Shown piece after piece: positions 35,847-36,028 of a stretch of DNA of 36,028 nucleotides. A program made the position numbers and the translations under genes. The DNA is taken from the NCBI GenBank assembly GCA_034723395.1, contig JAYEOW010000035.1, positions 1 to 36,028 on the forward strand, written 5' to 3'. Source of the DNA: Candidatus Margulisiibacteriota bacterium (GTDB lineage Bacteria; Margulisbacteria; WOR-1; O2-12-FULL-45-9). How positions within the stretch are numbered: position 1 is the stretch's first letter; each line of letters begins with the position of its first letter. The notes under the pieces were generated by a model, which did not search any database, had not been told where the DNA came from, and saw only the letters and a program-made list of their open reading frames with translations.

Positions 35847-36028
35847 TATTTTTTCCTCTTTATTTTTCTTAATATTTTCAGGTCTTCTTTATCTTTCGAT
35901 CTGCCGGCCGCTTTTTTCATTTTAATTAAATCTTCAAGAGAAGCAAAATATACGGAGATATTTCCTATTTTACCCGTTTTTTTATTCTTCCATATTTTGT
36001 CGAATATAACTCCCTTAACAAATGGATG
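35846..36028 (-). CDS. C-terminal part of a small nucleotidyltransferase-family (DUF6036/AbiEii-like) protein, truncated by the window edge
   Basis: My translation: HPFVKGVIFDKIWKNKKTGKIGNISVYFASLEDLIKMKKAAGRSKDKEDLKILRKIKRKK*. SLEDLIxMKxxxGRxKD is typical of the family; TAATG-coupled to lptB. Confidence 0.65.
   Translation of the reverse strand, partial: HPFVKGVIFDKIWKNKKTGKIGNISVYFASLEDLIKMKKAAGRSKDKEDLKILRKIKRKK

Overview
Bacterial chromosomal window that is mostly housekeeping: secD-secF-uppP-rluD, coaX-lysS-metF, tldD, rpsB-tsf-polA, sepF-proC-yggT-PfkB kinase-class II aldolase-rel-holB-PSP1(ricT)-rpsU-lptF/G-TPR-lptD-lipoprotein-lnt, and a converging lptB-lptF/G-DUF3084-YqgF operon. 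The organism is a diderm with cyanobacteria-like synteny and a short EF-Ts. I infer a non-photosynthetic Cyanobacteria-sister lineage such as Margulisbacteria/Saganbacteria (WOR-1), but this is not verified. The most interesting signal is an exactly spaced bipartite motif, TGAAATTT-N14-CGA(T/A)A, resembling a sigma-28/FliA-family promoter. I found it upstream of three non-housekeeping orphan genes: a 62-aa two-TM protein, a CheR-like methyltransferase lacking its N-terminal domain, and a second long RelA/SpoT homolog with intact hydrolase motifs, a degenerate synthetase and a ~60-aa N-terminal extension. This suggests a dedicated regulon of repurposed signalling enzymes, possibly exported. Other observations: recurring leaderless promoters (-10 box, 6 nt, start codon), a T9SS-like PorV plus stand-alone C-terminal sorting-domain pair, a TPR gene split by one in-frame TAA, several REP-like palindrome families (some nested or inside ORFs), short tandem repeats inside coding regions, and apparent HIP1-like CGATCG enrichment. 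No rRNA, tRNA, CRISPR array or transposase was recognised.
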